A DNA stretch of 64,000 bases, taken from positions 7,342 to 71,341 of the forward strand of contig CAIPDV010000099.1 of NCBI GenBank assembly GCA_903863935.1. Reading direction: 5' to 3'. Below are positions 37,401 through 46,726 of the stretch, piece by piece. The translations under genes and the position numbers were made by a program. The DNA comes from an uncultured Bacteroidota bacterium (GTDB taxonomy: Bacteria; Bacteroidota; Bacteroidia; JABEUT01). Below the pieces are notes generated by a model. The model saw only the letters and a list, made by a program, of their open reading frames with translations, did no database searches and was not told where the DNA came from. How positions within the stretch are numbered: position 1 is the first letter of the stretch; each line of letters opens with the position of its first letter.

Positions 37401-38946
37401 TGCTAAAGAACTGGAATTCTCAGGTTCCCGATTTATTTCTGTAGCCCCTCATCAGGATTCTCTTCAGTTCATTACTCCAAAGGCAAGGTTCAGTTTAAAG
37501 ACGTATGAAATTTCGGCGCATAAAGTACCATACATTGATGTTGCGGATGCCCGTATTATTCCTGATAGCGGCAATATAACAGTCCACAAAAAAGCTGTGA
37601 TGGAGCCCCTGATAAATGCGAATATTACTGCCAATAAAGTAACCAAATATTACACTATTTATAAAGCGGATATTAGTATTACCTCTCGCAAAAATTATTC
37701 CGGTTCGGGTTATTATGATTTTATTGATGAATCAAAGAACAGGAGGAAAATGTATTTCAGCAATATTCACGTGGATACTTCTCACCAAACCATTGCCAAC
37801 ACTGAAATAGCGGATACTGCCAATTTTTCAATAAGTTCGAATTTTAAATATAAAGGCAGGGTTACATTGAAAGCCTCGAATCCTTTCCTTTATTTTGATG
37901 GTTCCTGCCGAATTGATCATTCTTGTAATGAGATCAAAATATCTTGGTTGAAATTTTCATCGGAGGTGGATCCGAATAATGTGGAAATTCCTGTAGGTAT
38001 GGCTTTGAATGATAATCTTATCCCGCTTGCTGTTTCGCCGGTCTTGTCCACCGCTGACTCTATAACAATTTACGGAGCCTTCTTGTCGCCCATAGTCAAC
38101 TATAAAAAGGACTTTGTAATGGTTCCCGATAGCGGTTACCTGGCTTATGATAAAGCCACTCAGCAGTATCGAATATCGAATAAAGAGAAGCTTATTGCTC
38201 AAACATTGCCTGGTAACTATGTTAGCCTTGATACCCGAAAGTGCATAGAGTATGGAGAGGGCAAAATAAAGCTTGGTGCAGACTTGGGAATGGTTGATAT
38301 GAAAACCGTTGGAAACCTTACAGACTATATCATCCCCGATTCAACAGTATGTAATTTATCCATGCTCTTCAATTTCTTTTTTGACGATGGGGCAATGGAC
38401 AAAATGGCGAAAGATGCTCAGGGTTTTACAAATCTTAAACCGATCGATTTTGAAGATCCGACTTTCCAAAAGAACTTGCGTGAATTAATGGGTAAAGATG
38501 AAGCCGATAAACTGGTTTCTCAATTGACTTTATATGGTACCGTGAAGAAGTTGCCAAAGGAATTAGAATCTCAATTCTTCCTTTCAAATGTAAAGCTAAA
38601 ATTCAATGCTGAAACGCATGCCTATATTTCTGAAGGGCCTATTGGTATTGGAAGTATTGGTAAAACAATGATAAATAAGCAAGCTACAGGTATTGTTGAA
38701 ATACGTAAAAAACATGCAGGTGATGAGTTGAATATCTATCTTGAATTTGATCCTGGACATTGGTATTATTTCAATTACTATGCAGGTGCTTTGCAGATTG
38801 CTTCATCCAATGATGATTTCATGAATATTTATAACGCAATGAAAGAGGATAAAAAAACATTTAAGAATGATAAGGGAAAGATTGTTATCCAGACTACAAC
38901 CAGTGCTAAGAAAACAAGTTTCCTGCGCAGGATATATGGAAATTAA
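34459..38946 (+). CDS. Large (1495-aa) secreted beta-rich hypothetical protein; start overlaps the tpiA stop by 4 nt
   Basis: Signal peptide MMFMKRLAVIFLFILPFTIHVSAQG. No recognisable catalytic motifs. Composition (N/K/F/Y/T-rich, alternating hydrophobic pattern) suggests an extended beta structure, perhaps AsmA/TamB-like. Unverified. Confidence 0.6.
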   Translation: MMFMKRLAVIFLFILPFTIHVSAQGSKITQFQHDSIKFLDDLEVYLNTGLADKSGVKDYIKQFALIWKSPAYNSYYKKITYRVADEMLEKKMPVYPTFQSFLNSMQNIAKSEMPLAKFDEWYTCLEKQMKQKPFNNLNNFLSICENLFGSGVMFKSPTLSWSTNNKDYDFNCDSVQEIIFHGLNLKCTNERNDTLVIYETKGVYFPLKGTWRGEGGRTDWTRTGLEASEVYAFLKKYNIIFKEGGFASDSVTFWNKTYFDKPLEGRIIERNVTEPKEKETYPRFSSYGKRLTIPNLTADVTYNGGFSMRGRRFVGSGTKEEPAQLIFMRNKKPFLTTSSLYYGITKDNIMTDDARINFTLDGDSIFHPDIQMIYNIKKKHVSLIRSNQGLSQAPFFDTYHKVNMFFEELSWYTEEPKIEFRMMEGNTQTVADFESQNFFRPDLYEQLRDPSGLSPLVEISKYCKSINSRDLLMDDLASFMHITSDELRPIIFRLATIGLVNLDVQTDKIHVEDKLFTFIQNRSGKADYDVVDYHSEDPAKFATNDTTAKDNGVMDLGNFDISLNGIRKVILSDSQSVIFFPDKRHMVLHRNREATFAGVVQAGRFAFFGKQFDFDYENFKIKMKNVDSLRLYANSYTKDSGGKYPIVPVKSLVRHLSGELMIDKTTNKSGIKQLKQYPILISDTNTFVYYDTKDIQHGVYKRDAFYFKADPFTIDSLASFSNSRLHFDGTFASADIVPEMRETLKLQPDYSLGFVHDAPIDGMDLYKGKGKLFNKLKLSNQGLIGDGTFKYVTSVSTSPKFIFFPDSMDARAETFNVTEQKMKPEFPEASGDTVYEHWMPKQNQLFVKDLVHPFTCYNKFATFHGTFTVAPELLSGNGEMDFLKAFVTSNEFKFLQHRVTADTASFNLKSNDLSGIAFGTSNMKTDIDFETRIGEFTTNGSGSVVKFPENQYIAYMDEFKWYIDQDDIELGTKEKQKETTNAKELEFSGSRFISVAPHQDSLQFITPKARFSLKTYEISAHKVPYIDVADARIIPDSGNITVHKKAVMEPLINANITANKVTKYYTIYKADISITSRKNYSGSGYYDFIDESKNRRKMYFSNIHVDTSHQTIANTEIADTANFSISSNFKYKGRVTLKASNPFLYFDGSCRIDHSCNEIKISWLKFSSEVDPNNVEIPVGMALNDNLIPLAVSPVLSTADSITIYGAFLSPIVNYKKDFVMVPDSGYLAYDKATQQYRISNKEKLIAQTLPGNYVSLDTRKCIEYGEGKIKLGADLGMVDMKTVGNLTDYIIPDSTVCNLSMLFNFFFDDGAMDKMAKDAQGFTNLKPIDFEDPTFQKNLRELMGKDEADKLVSQLTLYGTVKKLPKELESQFFLSNVKLKFNAETHAYISEGPIGIGSIGKTMINKQATGIVEIRKKHAGDELNIYLEFDPGHWYYFNYYAGALQIASSNDDFMNIYNAMKEDKKTFKNDKGKIVIQTTTSAKKTSFLRRIYGN

Positions 38947-38952
38947 ATATGT

Positions 38953-40293
38953 TTAGCGGTCAAAGAGTATCCGCTGACCTTTAATTGATTCGTTGAAAGA
39001 GTTATTTGCATAAACAAGATTGCCATTTACAAACGTGTGCGTAACCTTCGAATGCAATGTTGTTCCTTCAAGTGGGCTCCACTTACATTTGTAAAGGATG
39101 TTGGTTTTATCAACAGTCCATGCTGCGTTTAAATCAACAACAAGAAGGTCGGCCCAGTAGCCTTCACGAATAAAGCCGCGTTTGCTAACTTGAAAGCAAA
39201 TAGCGGGTGCATGGCACATCTTATTAACTATTTCCTCTATTGATATTTTCCCGTCTCTGTGCAATTCTAGCATTACCGCTAACGAATGTTGAATCATAGG
39301 CCCACCTGAAGGACAGGAAAAGTAAACCTGCTCTTTTTCTTCGTGGGTATGGGGTGCGTGGTCAGTTGCTATTGTGTCGATTTTATTTTCAAGCAGGGCT
39401 TGAAGTAGTGTGGTTTTATCATGTTCCGATTTAATGGCAGGATTCCATTTTATCATATTGCCTTTTTCAGCATAATCTTTATCTGAAAACCACAAGTGGT
39501 GGGGGCAGACTTCAGCGGTTATTTTCTTTTGTTCAAGCCGAAGATTATTGTCAAACAACCCTGTTTCTTTAGCAGTAGAAACATGCACTACATGAAGCCT
39601 TGTATTGTGTTTTTTAGCTAATTCTACAGCATGGGAGGAAGAATGATAACAACATTCCTCATTACGAATTACCGGATGGCAGGATGGTGGGGGATTATCG
39701 CCATATTTTTCTCTGATGAGTTTTGAGTTCTCCTTAATGATATGTTCTTCTTCACAATGCACTGCAATTACCGTTCCAGGAATTTTAAAGAGTTTTTCAA
39801 TGCTTTCCTGGTTATCCACAAGCATATTACCAGTTGAGGAACCTAAATATATCTTTATACCGCAAACTTCTTTCGGATTGGTCTTAATAACTTCCTCGTA
39901 ATTATCGTTGGAAGTACCCATATAAAAGGAATAATTCGCAATCGATTTTTTAGAAGCAATTTCAAATTTATCTTTGAGTAATTCCTGTGTCAATACCGGT
40001 GGAAAAGTGTTTGGCATATCCATAAAGGATGTAACTCCACCTGCAACTGCGGCTTTCGATTCAGTATATATATCGGCTTTATAAACAAGTCCCGGTTCAC
40101 GGAAATGTACATGTGTATCTATAACACCAGGTAACAGGTACTTGCCTTTCGCATCAATAATTTCCGTTCCTTCTGGGAAAGTGCTTATAGATTCGCCAAT
40201 CTTTTCGATCAGTCCGTTTTGAATTAAAATATCACCTTGAAAAGTTTTACCCTCGTTTACAATTATTGCATTACGGATAAGTATAGCAGGCAT
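38953..40293 (-). CDS. pyrC: Dihydroorotase-like cyclic amidohydrolase
   Basis: The metal-binding HxH motif (DTHVHFREPG) and the fold length (446 aa) fit the dihydroorotase/allantoinase family. Confidence 0.65.
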   Translation of the reverse strand: MPAILIRNAIIVNEGKTFQGDILIQNGLIEKIGESISTFPEGTEIIDAKGKYLLPGVIDTHVHFREPGLVYKADIYTESKAAVAGGVTSFMDMPNTFPPVLTQELLKDKFEIASKKSIANYSFYMGTSNDNYEEVIKTNPKEVCGIKIYLGSSTGNMLVDNQESIEKLFKIPGTVIAVHCEEEHIIKENSKLIREKYGDNPPPSCHPVIRNEECCYHSSSHAVELAKKHNTRLHVVHVSTAKETGLFDNNLRLEQKKITAEVCPHHLWFSDKDYAEKGNMIKWNPAIKSEHDKTTLLQALLENKIDTIATDHAPHTHEEKEQVYFSCPSGGPMIQHSLAVMLELHRDGKISIEEIVNKMCHAPAICFQVSKRGFIREGYWADLLVVDLNAAWTVDKTNILYKCKWSPLEGTTLHSKVTHTFVNGNLVYANNSFNESIKGQRILFDR

Positions 40294-40294
40294 T

Positions 40295-41014
40295 TTAATT
40301 GACCTTTATAAAGCGCATTTTAAGTACCCCAAAAATGGCTTCTTTAAAAATTTTACCACTCATTTTTGATACTCCGATTTCACGGTCGGTAAAGGTTATA
40401 GGTACTTCTACAATTTTAAATCCTTTTTTATAAGTCCTGTACTTCATTTCAATCTGAAAAGCATATCCTATAAAATGGATATCATCAAAATGAATGGCTT
40501 CAAGCACTCTACGCCTGTAACACTTAAAACCGGCAGTGGTGTCTTTAACATTCATCCATAAAACCATACGGACATACAACGAGGCAAAGTATGACATTAG
40601 CACTCTTTTGTAATCCCATTTGGCAATGTGGCCTCCCTTTACATACCTGGACCCGACTGCGAGATCAGCACCATTGACACAAGCGGCTTTCAAACGTAAC
40701 AGGTCGTCGGGGTTATGGGAAAAGTCAGCATCCATTTCAAAAATAAATTCATAGCCATGTTCCAATGCCCACCTGAAACCTGCAATATATGCAGTCCCCA
40801 AACCTTGCTTACCGCTTCTTTCGACAATAAAAAGTCTCCCGTAGAATTCATCCTTCATTAAGGTTTTAACAATATCCGCTGTACCATCCGGTGAGCCATC
40901 GTCAATAACAAGCAAATTGAAATTGCCTTCTAACGACATTACTTTCCGGGTGATATTTTCAATATTACCCTTTTCGTTATAAGTAGGAATTATTACGAGG
41001 CTGTCTGAAGACAT
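40295..41014 (-). CDS. GT2 polyprenol-phosphate mannose/glycose synthase (Dpm1-like)
   Basis: N-terminal IIPTYNEKGNIE…LLVIDDGSPDGTADIV GT2 motifs. Size and layout match dolichol/polyprenol-phosphate sugar synthases. Confidence 0.8.
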   Translation of the reverse strand: MSSDSLVIIPTYNEKGNIENITRKVMSLEGNFNLLVIDDGSPDGTADIVKTLMKDEFYGRLFIVERSGKQGLGTAYIAGFRWALEHGYEFIFEMDADFSHNPDDLLRLKAACVNGADLAVGSRYVKGGHIAKWDYKRVLMSYFASLYVRMVLWMNVKDTTAGFKCYRRRVLEAIHFDDIHFIGYAFQIEMKYRTYKKGFKIVEVPITFTDREIGVSKMSGKIFKEAIFGVLKMRFIKVN

Positions 41015-41070
41015 TTATTCTTTTGAGAGTTTGCAAATATCACAAAATAAGTTGAGCAGGGGCGCAAAAA

Positions 41071-41526
41071 TTAACATATCAGTCTCCTGTGGTAATTTAT
41101 CTGCCCTAAATGATAACCTAAATGAGATATGAGGTGCATAAGGAAGAAGCCTTTAGTAAGTTTTTCTTTGCCAAGTAAATGTGCCGGAAAAGCAGTATAT
41201 TCTTCTTCCAGGTCTATTACGGCAGAGGTATTCATGGTTGAAATAACAACGGATATTGTTTTCTGCACCTCATCAATTAATTCATCTGCACTTATGCCGG
41301 TTGCTGAGAACTCTTTATCACGGTTGCGAACATGGCCACTATTACCAAGAACATTCCCTATAAAATGTTGTAAATTTCCACATATATGAAGGCATAAATT
41401 ACCGCCTGAATTTTTTATACCATCCGATATTTTCCATAAAGCTTCAGTATTTGGGTATAACTTTATTTCTTCAATAAGTTTGTTCAGTTCCCGTTCAAAA
41501 ATTTCTGCGGCAAATTCGGCTTCCAT
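41071..41526 (-). CDS. DinB-family (DUF664-like) four-helix-bundle protein
   Basis: His-containing motifs HICGNLQHFIGN and HLISHLGYHLGQI. Confidence 0.6.
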   Translation of the reverse strand: MEAEFAAEIFERELNKLIEEIKLYPNTEALWKISDGIKNSGGNLCLHICGNLQHFIGNVLGNSGHVRNRDKEFSATGISADELIDEVQKTISVVISTMNTSAVIDLEEEYTAFPAHLLGKEKLTKGFFLMHLISHLGYHLGQINYHRRLIC

Positions 41527-41604
41527 GGTTTTGGCGTTTTTATGTAATCAAAGGTAATTAAATAATACATAGCCATTGGATATTACAAGGTATCTGATTG
41601 CTAA

Positions 41605-42936
41605 TTAAATCAGCATTCTTGCTTTCAGTTCCAAATATTTATTGATAACTGCAACGGTTAGTTTGGATGGTGGAATAAGAATTGTATGGATTCCAACAGA
41701 TTCCAATTCCTTTACCATTTGCTTTTTTTCTAATACAAATTGCTCTGCAATGGTCTTAATATAAATGCCCTCTACTTCTGTTGGGCGGTCATTCAGGAGT
41801 TTATCCAATTCAGTATCTACAAAGAAAACTATGACCAGCAAGTGATTGACCGCAATTTTCCGCAGGTATGGCATTTGTCTTTTTAAGCCTTCCAATGAGC
41901 CGAAATTTGCAAATAACACCAATAATGCCCGTTGATGTATGTGCTGGCGAATCCGTGCATAAAGCAATTCATAATCCGATTCAAGATACCGGGTCTTCTG
42001 ATTGTAGAGAGTTTCAAGTATTGATTTTAGTTGTGTCCGCTTATTATCTGCCGGGAGCACAGCACCCATCTTGTCCGAAAATGTTATCAGGCCTGCTTTA
42101 TCCTGTTTTTTTAAGGCAATGTTGGCCAGCACCAGGCTGGCATTGATCGAATAGTCCAGCAGACTCAATCCTTCAAACGGAAGTTGCATGGTTCTCCCTT
42201 TATCAATAATGCAATAGATTTGCTGAGATCTTTCATCTCTGAAATGATTAACCATCAGGTTTGATTTCCGGGCTGTTGCAGTCCAGTTTATTGAACGGGG
42301 ATCATCTCCGGGAACATATTCCCTTATAGTTTCAAATTCCATGGAATGGCCCAACTTTCGCATTCGCTTAATTCCGGTCTCCGGCAATTGTTGCGAAATG
42401 GCTAGTAGTTCGTATTTATGCATCTGCATAAAAGAAGGATAAACCGGGACCTTTGTTCCTTTATCAAAAATAAACCGACGTTTCACTAATCCCAAAATGC
42501 TGGTTACATACAGGTTCAAAGAGCCAAAGCTATATTCACCGCGCTTTACCGGGCGTAGCGTATAGGTAATTATTTTGTTGCCTTTTGGGTTAAGTTTAAT
42601 GGTGTAATGAAAATCACGAACCTGGAATTGATCCGGAATTTCATCGATTAAAGTAACACTAATTGGCATTCTGTAGTTATTTTCAATGAAAACAGAAATT
42701 GTATTTATATCTCCGTTCGAAAGTTTTTCCGGTAATTCCCTTCTGGCGAAAACTTGTTTCTTACCGCGGTAGAGCAAAAAATGATCGATTACAACAAGTA
42801 CAAAAAACGCAATTGAAATTAGTTTAGTATACACATAAACCAGGTCATAGAAATATCCGAATACAAAAAGCATTACCAGGGTAATAACCCCAAGGTAAAA
42901 CCATCTTCCGAAATATAGACTTTTTATGTAGTTCAC
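41605..42936 (-). CDS. DUF58 domain protein (vWA-like), N-terminal TM anchor
   Basis: Two N-terminal TM helices and a DUF58-type core. Lies immediately downstream of the MoxR ATPase gene, as in canonical MoxR–DUF58 pairs. Confidence 0.7.
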   Translation of the reverse strand: MNYIKSLYFGRWFYLGVITLVMLFVFGYFYDLVYVYTKLISIAFFVLVVIDHFLLYRGKKQVFARRELPEKLSNGDINTISVFIENNYRMPISVTLIDEIPDQFQVRDFHYTIKLNPKGNKIITYTLRPVKRGEYSFGSLNLYVTSILGLVKRRFIFDKGTKVPVYPSFMQMHKYELLAISQQLPETGIKRMRKLGHSMEFETIREYVPGDDPRSINWTATARKSNLMVNHFRDERSQQIYCIIDKGRTMQLPFEGLSLLDYSINASLVLANIALKKQDKAGLITFSDKMGAVLPADNKRTQLKSILETLYNQKTRYLESDYELLYARIRQHIHQRALLVLFANFGSLEGLKRQMPYLRKIAVNHLLVIVFFVDTELDKLLNDRPTEVEGIYIKTIAEQFVLEKKQMVKELESVGIHTILIPPSKLTVAVINKYLELKARMLI

Positions 42937-42967
42937 GTTATTCTGTTAAATTCCATTCGTGCCCATT

Positions 42968-43948
42968 CTATCTGGGAACCTCAATACTTTGAATAATCTG
43001 TTTAACGATATCATCGGTTTTAATTCCTTCCATTTCTTTTTCAGCGGTGAGCATAATCCGGTGCCGTAGTATTGGGTAGGCTACATATTGAATATCTTCA
43101 GGTTTCACAAAATCGCGACCATTTATTGCTGCATAGGCCTTAGAGGCAGTCATCAATGCCATTGATGCCCGTGGTGAAGCCCCAAGGTAAAGGCTCTTAT
43201 TATTGCGTGTATGTTGCACAATGGAAGCAATGTAACTTATCAGGTTGGGTTCAATATGAAATCCTCCGATACGTTTTCTGTAATCCATAACCTGTGCGGC
43301 TGACAGAACAGGTTTAATAATGGATGGGTCATTCACATCATTGCGGTTGTGGAACATAGTTAGCATTTTTATCTCCTGTTCTTTGGCAGGGTAATCTACA
43401 TTTATTTTGAACAGGAACCGGTCTAGTTGGGCTTCAGGTAGTCTATAGGTGCCTTCATGTTCAATTGGGTTTTGGGTAGCAATAATCATGAAAGGAGTTG
43501 CCATGGGATATGTTTTCCCATCCACTGTAACTTGGAATTCTTCCATTACTTCAAACAGGGCTGACTGGGTTTTTGCAGGTGCCCTGTTAATTTCATCTAC
43601 CAAAACAACATTAGCAAAAACGGGGCCTTTTTTAAATTCAAAATCGTTGGTTTTGGCATTATAGATAAGTGTGCCTACAACATCAGAAGGCATCAGATCG
43701 GGCGTAAAGGACATGCGTGAAAAACTGGTACTCATAGCCCGGGAAATGAGTTTTGCAGTCAAGGTTTTAGCCACACCGGGTACACCTTCTATAAGCACGT
43801 GGCCGCCTGAGAAAATAGAGGTTATGATCATATCTATCATATCGTCCTGACCAACAATTATTTTATTTATTTCATTACGCATGCTTTCTACAGAAGCTTG
43901 CAGATCGGTCAGTTTAGACCTGTTTTCAAAAATTTCCGGTGTTTCCAT
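42968..43948 (-). CDS. MoxR-family AAA+ ATPase
   Basis: Walker A GVPGVAKT, Walker B VVLVDEINRA and a typical MoxR length (326 aa). Confidence 0.85.
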   Translation of the reverse strand: METPEIFENRSKLTDLQASVESMRNEINKIIVGQDDMIDMIITSIFSGGHVLIEGVPGVAKTLTAKLISRAMSTSFSRMSFTPDLMPSDVVGTLIYNAKTNDFEFKKGPVFANVVLVDEINRAPAKTQSALFEVMEEFQVTVDGKTYPMATPFMIIATQNPIEHEGTYRLPEAQLDRFLFKINVDYPAKEQEIKMLTMFHNRNDVNDPSIIKPVLSAAQVMDYRKRIGGFHIEPNLISYIASIVQHTRNNKSLYLGASPRASMALMTASKAYAAINGRDFVKPEDIQYVAYPILRHRIMLTAEKEMEGIKTDDIVKQIIQSIEVPR

Positions 43949-45127
43949 TTAGTTTGTTTTTTTATAAAAGTCTTCAATCAGTGTATTAAGTTGGAGTAGG
44001 GTAGGGGAATCAATTTCCGGTTGGTGCTGTACCCTGACTATAAAAGCAAATAATTCTTTGAGATCGGTAATACTAATAAGGGTTTTTGCTGAAAGCGAAT
44101 TGTAGAATTCTCCTTCGGCATCATTCGCATTTACTTTAAATTTTGTGCGTATATAATCATACAAATATTTTATCCTTTTTTCGGCAATGCCCTTGTTCGT
44201 TCCCTTCTGAAAATAAAGCCTGCCAATGGTTTCAGTGAACTCGAGACTTGTATTTTGGAGAGGTTTTATTACTGGTATAACCCGTTGTTTTCGTTTTCCT
44301 TCGAATAATATATATATAAACAACGCGAAAATCATAAGATAATAGGCCCGTTTTAAAGCACTATTATTAAGGATATATCGCAACGGTGTTGAAGCTTTGC
44401 GTTCTATCATTTTATAGTTTTCATCCCAGCGGGTATCGGCAATTGGCAGATATGACAAAGACTTAAAAATGTAATCATTCTCAGGATATTTTAAAGCATA
44501 ATAATTTGTAAATGCTTTGGGTACAGTGGACAGCAATAATTTTCCACGACCAATTTGTTTGGCTATCATTACAGGTTTACCATTGGAATTGCGGCTAAGC
44601 ACTTCACTATTTTCACAACTGTCGAAATAGGAATCTACAGAACCCTTTTTGTAGGCGTAATCTTTGCCTTGCATAAATAATTCATCGTCCATAAAATTTA
44701 ACCCCAGTGAATCGGTTGCAATTACTGAGCCCATCTTTTCGGTTACTTGTATTTTCAAAGAGTCAGATATTGAGCCATAGTAATAATCAGCAGCAATAAA
44801 TGCTGTATTGCCTCTCTTTACAAAGTTTAAAAGCGTTCTTAGTTCCAGGGTATCCGGGTTAAAAGAGTTATTTATAATGATCAGATTGGTATTATTCAAT
44901 GAATCATTGAGAGACCTGTAAAGTGGCAGCTCAGAAGTGGTGACGCGTTTACCTGGAAACATATCTTCAAGCATATCGTATAGCGCGTAATCTCCATATG
45001 GAATCTTATCGTATCTCGAATATGATTCACTCCAATTTACAGGTAATGGTGTGTTGTATTCAATAACTCCAAGGAGAATGAAAATAAGCAGCAAAACCGC
45101 TATGTATATTTTCTCTGCTGTTTTCAA
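43949..45127 (-). CDS. DUF4350-like protein with N-terminal TM anchor
   Basis: Position and architecture match the DUF4350 member of the conserved Bacteroidota MoxR cluster. A second TM lies near residue 250. Confidence 0.45.
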   Translation of the reverse strand: MKTAEKIYIAVLLLIFILLGVIEYNTPLPVNWSESYSRYDKIPYGDYALYDMLEDMFPGKRVTTSELPLYRSLNDSLNNTNLIIINNSFNPDTLELRTLLNFVKRGNTAFIAADYYYGSISDSLKIQVTEKMGSVIATDSLGLNFMDDELFMQGKDYAYKKGSVDSYFDSCENSEVLSRNSNGKPVMIAKQIGRGKLLLSTVPKAFTNYYALKYPENDYIFKSLSYLPIADTRWDENYKMIERKASTPLRYILNNSALKRAYYLMIFALFIYILFEGKRKQRVIPVIKPLQNTSLEFTETIGRLYFQKGTNKGIAEKRIKYLYDYIRTKFKVNANDAEGEFYNSLSAKTLISITDLKELFAFIVRVQHQPEIDSPTLLQLNTLIEDFYKKTN

Positions 45128-45897
45128 ATCTTTTGGGCGGTCTGCCTGTTAAATTGTTCGAAAGAGGATTGGATCTTTACAAAGGTGCTTTCATTGATAG
45201 TTGCATTGCCGTACCATGCATAATCAAAAAGAAGGGTTATTTCTGAAAACAATTTTGAAAAAGGACTGGCACGGAGTTCTATTGTATAATCGTGGTTTGT
45301 TTTCTCTGCTTTCCATTTTATCAGGTCATGGTCGGAAAGTTGTTTGAGTGATTTTAAATAAAGGTAGCGAATTGCTTGTCTGTATTGTCTGTTACCTGCG
45401 GCAGTTGCAATCAATTCATCAAAATTCATTTGCGAAATATCTTCGTGTGCTTCGGTAAATTGCAGATTGCTTCCACTGTTTTTTGCAAATAAACTTACAC
45501 CCTGACTTTTTAAAATAAAATATACGAATAAAAATATGGCTCCGGCAATGATAAGTAATTCGATTATCGTCCAGATGGTGTTTGCTGTTGTATACCCACC
45601 CGGAATGCGTTTAGGAAGGAAATGCCGGGCTAGCCAATTAGTGAACCTATCCCAAAGAGATATATGTTCGGATCGGACCACTTCATAATTGAAATTTCTG
45701 TCTGATTGGAATTTGCTGATCTTCTCTGCCGGAGGCCTTCGTACCACTACATGCGTGTGCGTTGATTTCTGCTGCAAGGCAAAGCCCTGCTGAGTCAATG
45801 CCAGCGTACTAATTATTAAAAAAAGAAAGAGTTTAATAACTGCCTTCATCTTCTGTTTTAGTGGTGGGCTTAGCACCAATGCTATCAATTGTTGCAA
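45124..45897 (-). CDS. DUF4129-like membrane-anchored protein
   Basis: Signal anchor and a central TM. Sits between the DUF4350-like and polytopic membrane genes. Start overlaps the upstream ORF by 65 nt, so the true start is probably internal. Confidence 0.45.
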   Translation of the reverse strand: MQQLIALVLSPPLKQKMKAVIKLFLFLIISTLALTQQGFALQQKSTHTHVVVRRPPAEKISKFQSDRNFNYEVVRSEHISLWDRFTNWLARHFLPKRIPGGYTTANTIWTIIELLIIAGAIFLFVYFILKSQGVSLFAKNSGSNLQFTEAHEDISQMNFDELIATAAGNRQYRQAIRYLYLKSLKQLSDHDLIKWKAEKTNHDYTIELRASPFSKLFSEITLLFDYAWYGNATINESTFVKIQSSFEQFNRQTAQKI

Positions 45898-46726
45898 GCA
45901 AATCGGTTTGGTCTTTGCTTTCTTTCAGGCTAAAGTAATATATAAACCATGCCGAAACTGAGATTGGGAATAGCAATCCTTGCCCTATCTGGCCTAGAAC
46001 AGACGATAATATGTAGTACAAACGGTAGCCTTCCATATCAATTCCTTTGGCCGAATTAAAGGCTATTAAAAACTGCAGAATGCCTTGTGGTATGAAAAAT
46101 ACGAATGAAATGATAGCTACAAGAAAATAAAGAATGTAAAATAATCCGAATGTTCTCCACCAGTTATCTGTTATCAGCCTGCGCGATTCGGAGAATGATT
46201 TGCCAATACTCATTGATTCTCTCTCACCATTATTTTCCAGAATGTAAGCAGGTCTGGCCAGCGCATTGGCAACAGAGAAATAGATACCCGGAATTATAAG
46301 AAATACCAAACCACCAAGTGTAGCAGCATAATAAAACAGAGAAACACCTAGAAAACCACCAAAGTTACTGCGGATGTTTTTATAAATGGCCGTTCTGTCA
46401 AACTGGCTGGAACCGGTTTCGGCATATTGTTTAAGATAATTACCAACTATACTCATGCATAATGCTGTGCCCAGAAAACCGGAAGCTATTGCAGCATAAT
46501 ACATTGGATCCATAAAGTAATACACATTTAAACCGGCAAATTCGGCAGGTTTATCAAACTGGACCATGCCCATGCATATGCCAGTAATTATAAAAAAGGG
46601 TGATGAAAATAATAACAGGTCGCGAAACATTTTAAAGTAACTGATGCGCAGAAATGCAAATGCCGTATTAACTACCTGCCCGATGTCCCTTTTTTCCCTA
46701 AGGTTTATTTGTTTTTGTTGGCTCAT
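45833..46726 (-). CDS. Polytopic membrane protein, hypothetical (member of the MoxR-associated cluster)
   Basis: Six or seven TM helices. No catalytic motif. Confidence 0.45.
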   Translation of the reverse strand: MSQQKQINLREKRDIGQVVNTAFAFLRISYFKMFRDLLLFSSPFFIITGICMGMVQFDKPAEFAGLNVYYFMDPMYYAAIASGFLGTALCMSIVGNYLKQYAETGSSQFDRTAIYKNIRSNFGGFLGVSLFYYAATLGGLVFLIIPGIYFSVANALARPAYILENNGERESMSIGKSFSESRRLITDNWWRTFGLFYILYFLVAIISFVFFIPQGILQFLIAFNSAKGIDMEGYRLYYILSSVLGQIGQGLLFPISVSAWFIYYFSLKESKDQTDLLATIDSIGAKPTTKTEDEGSY

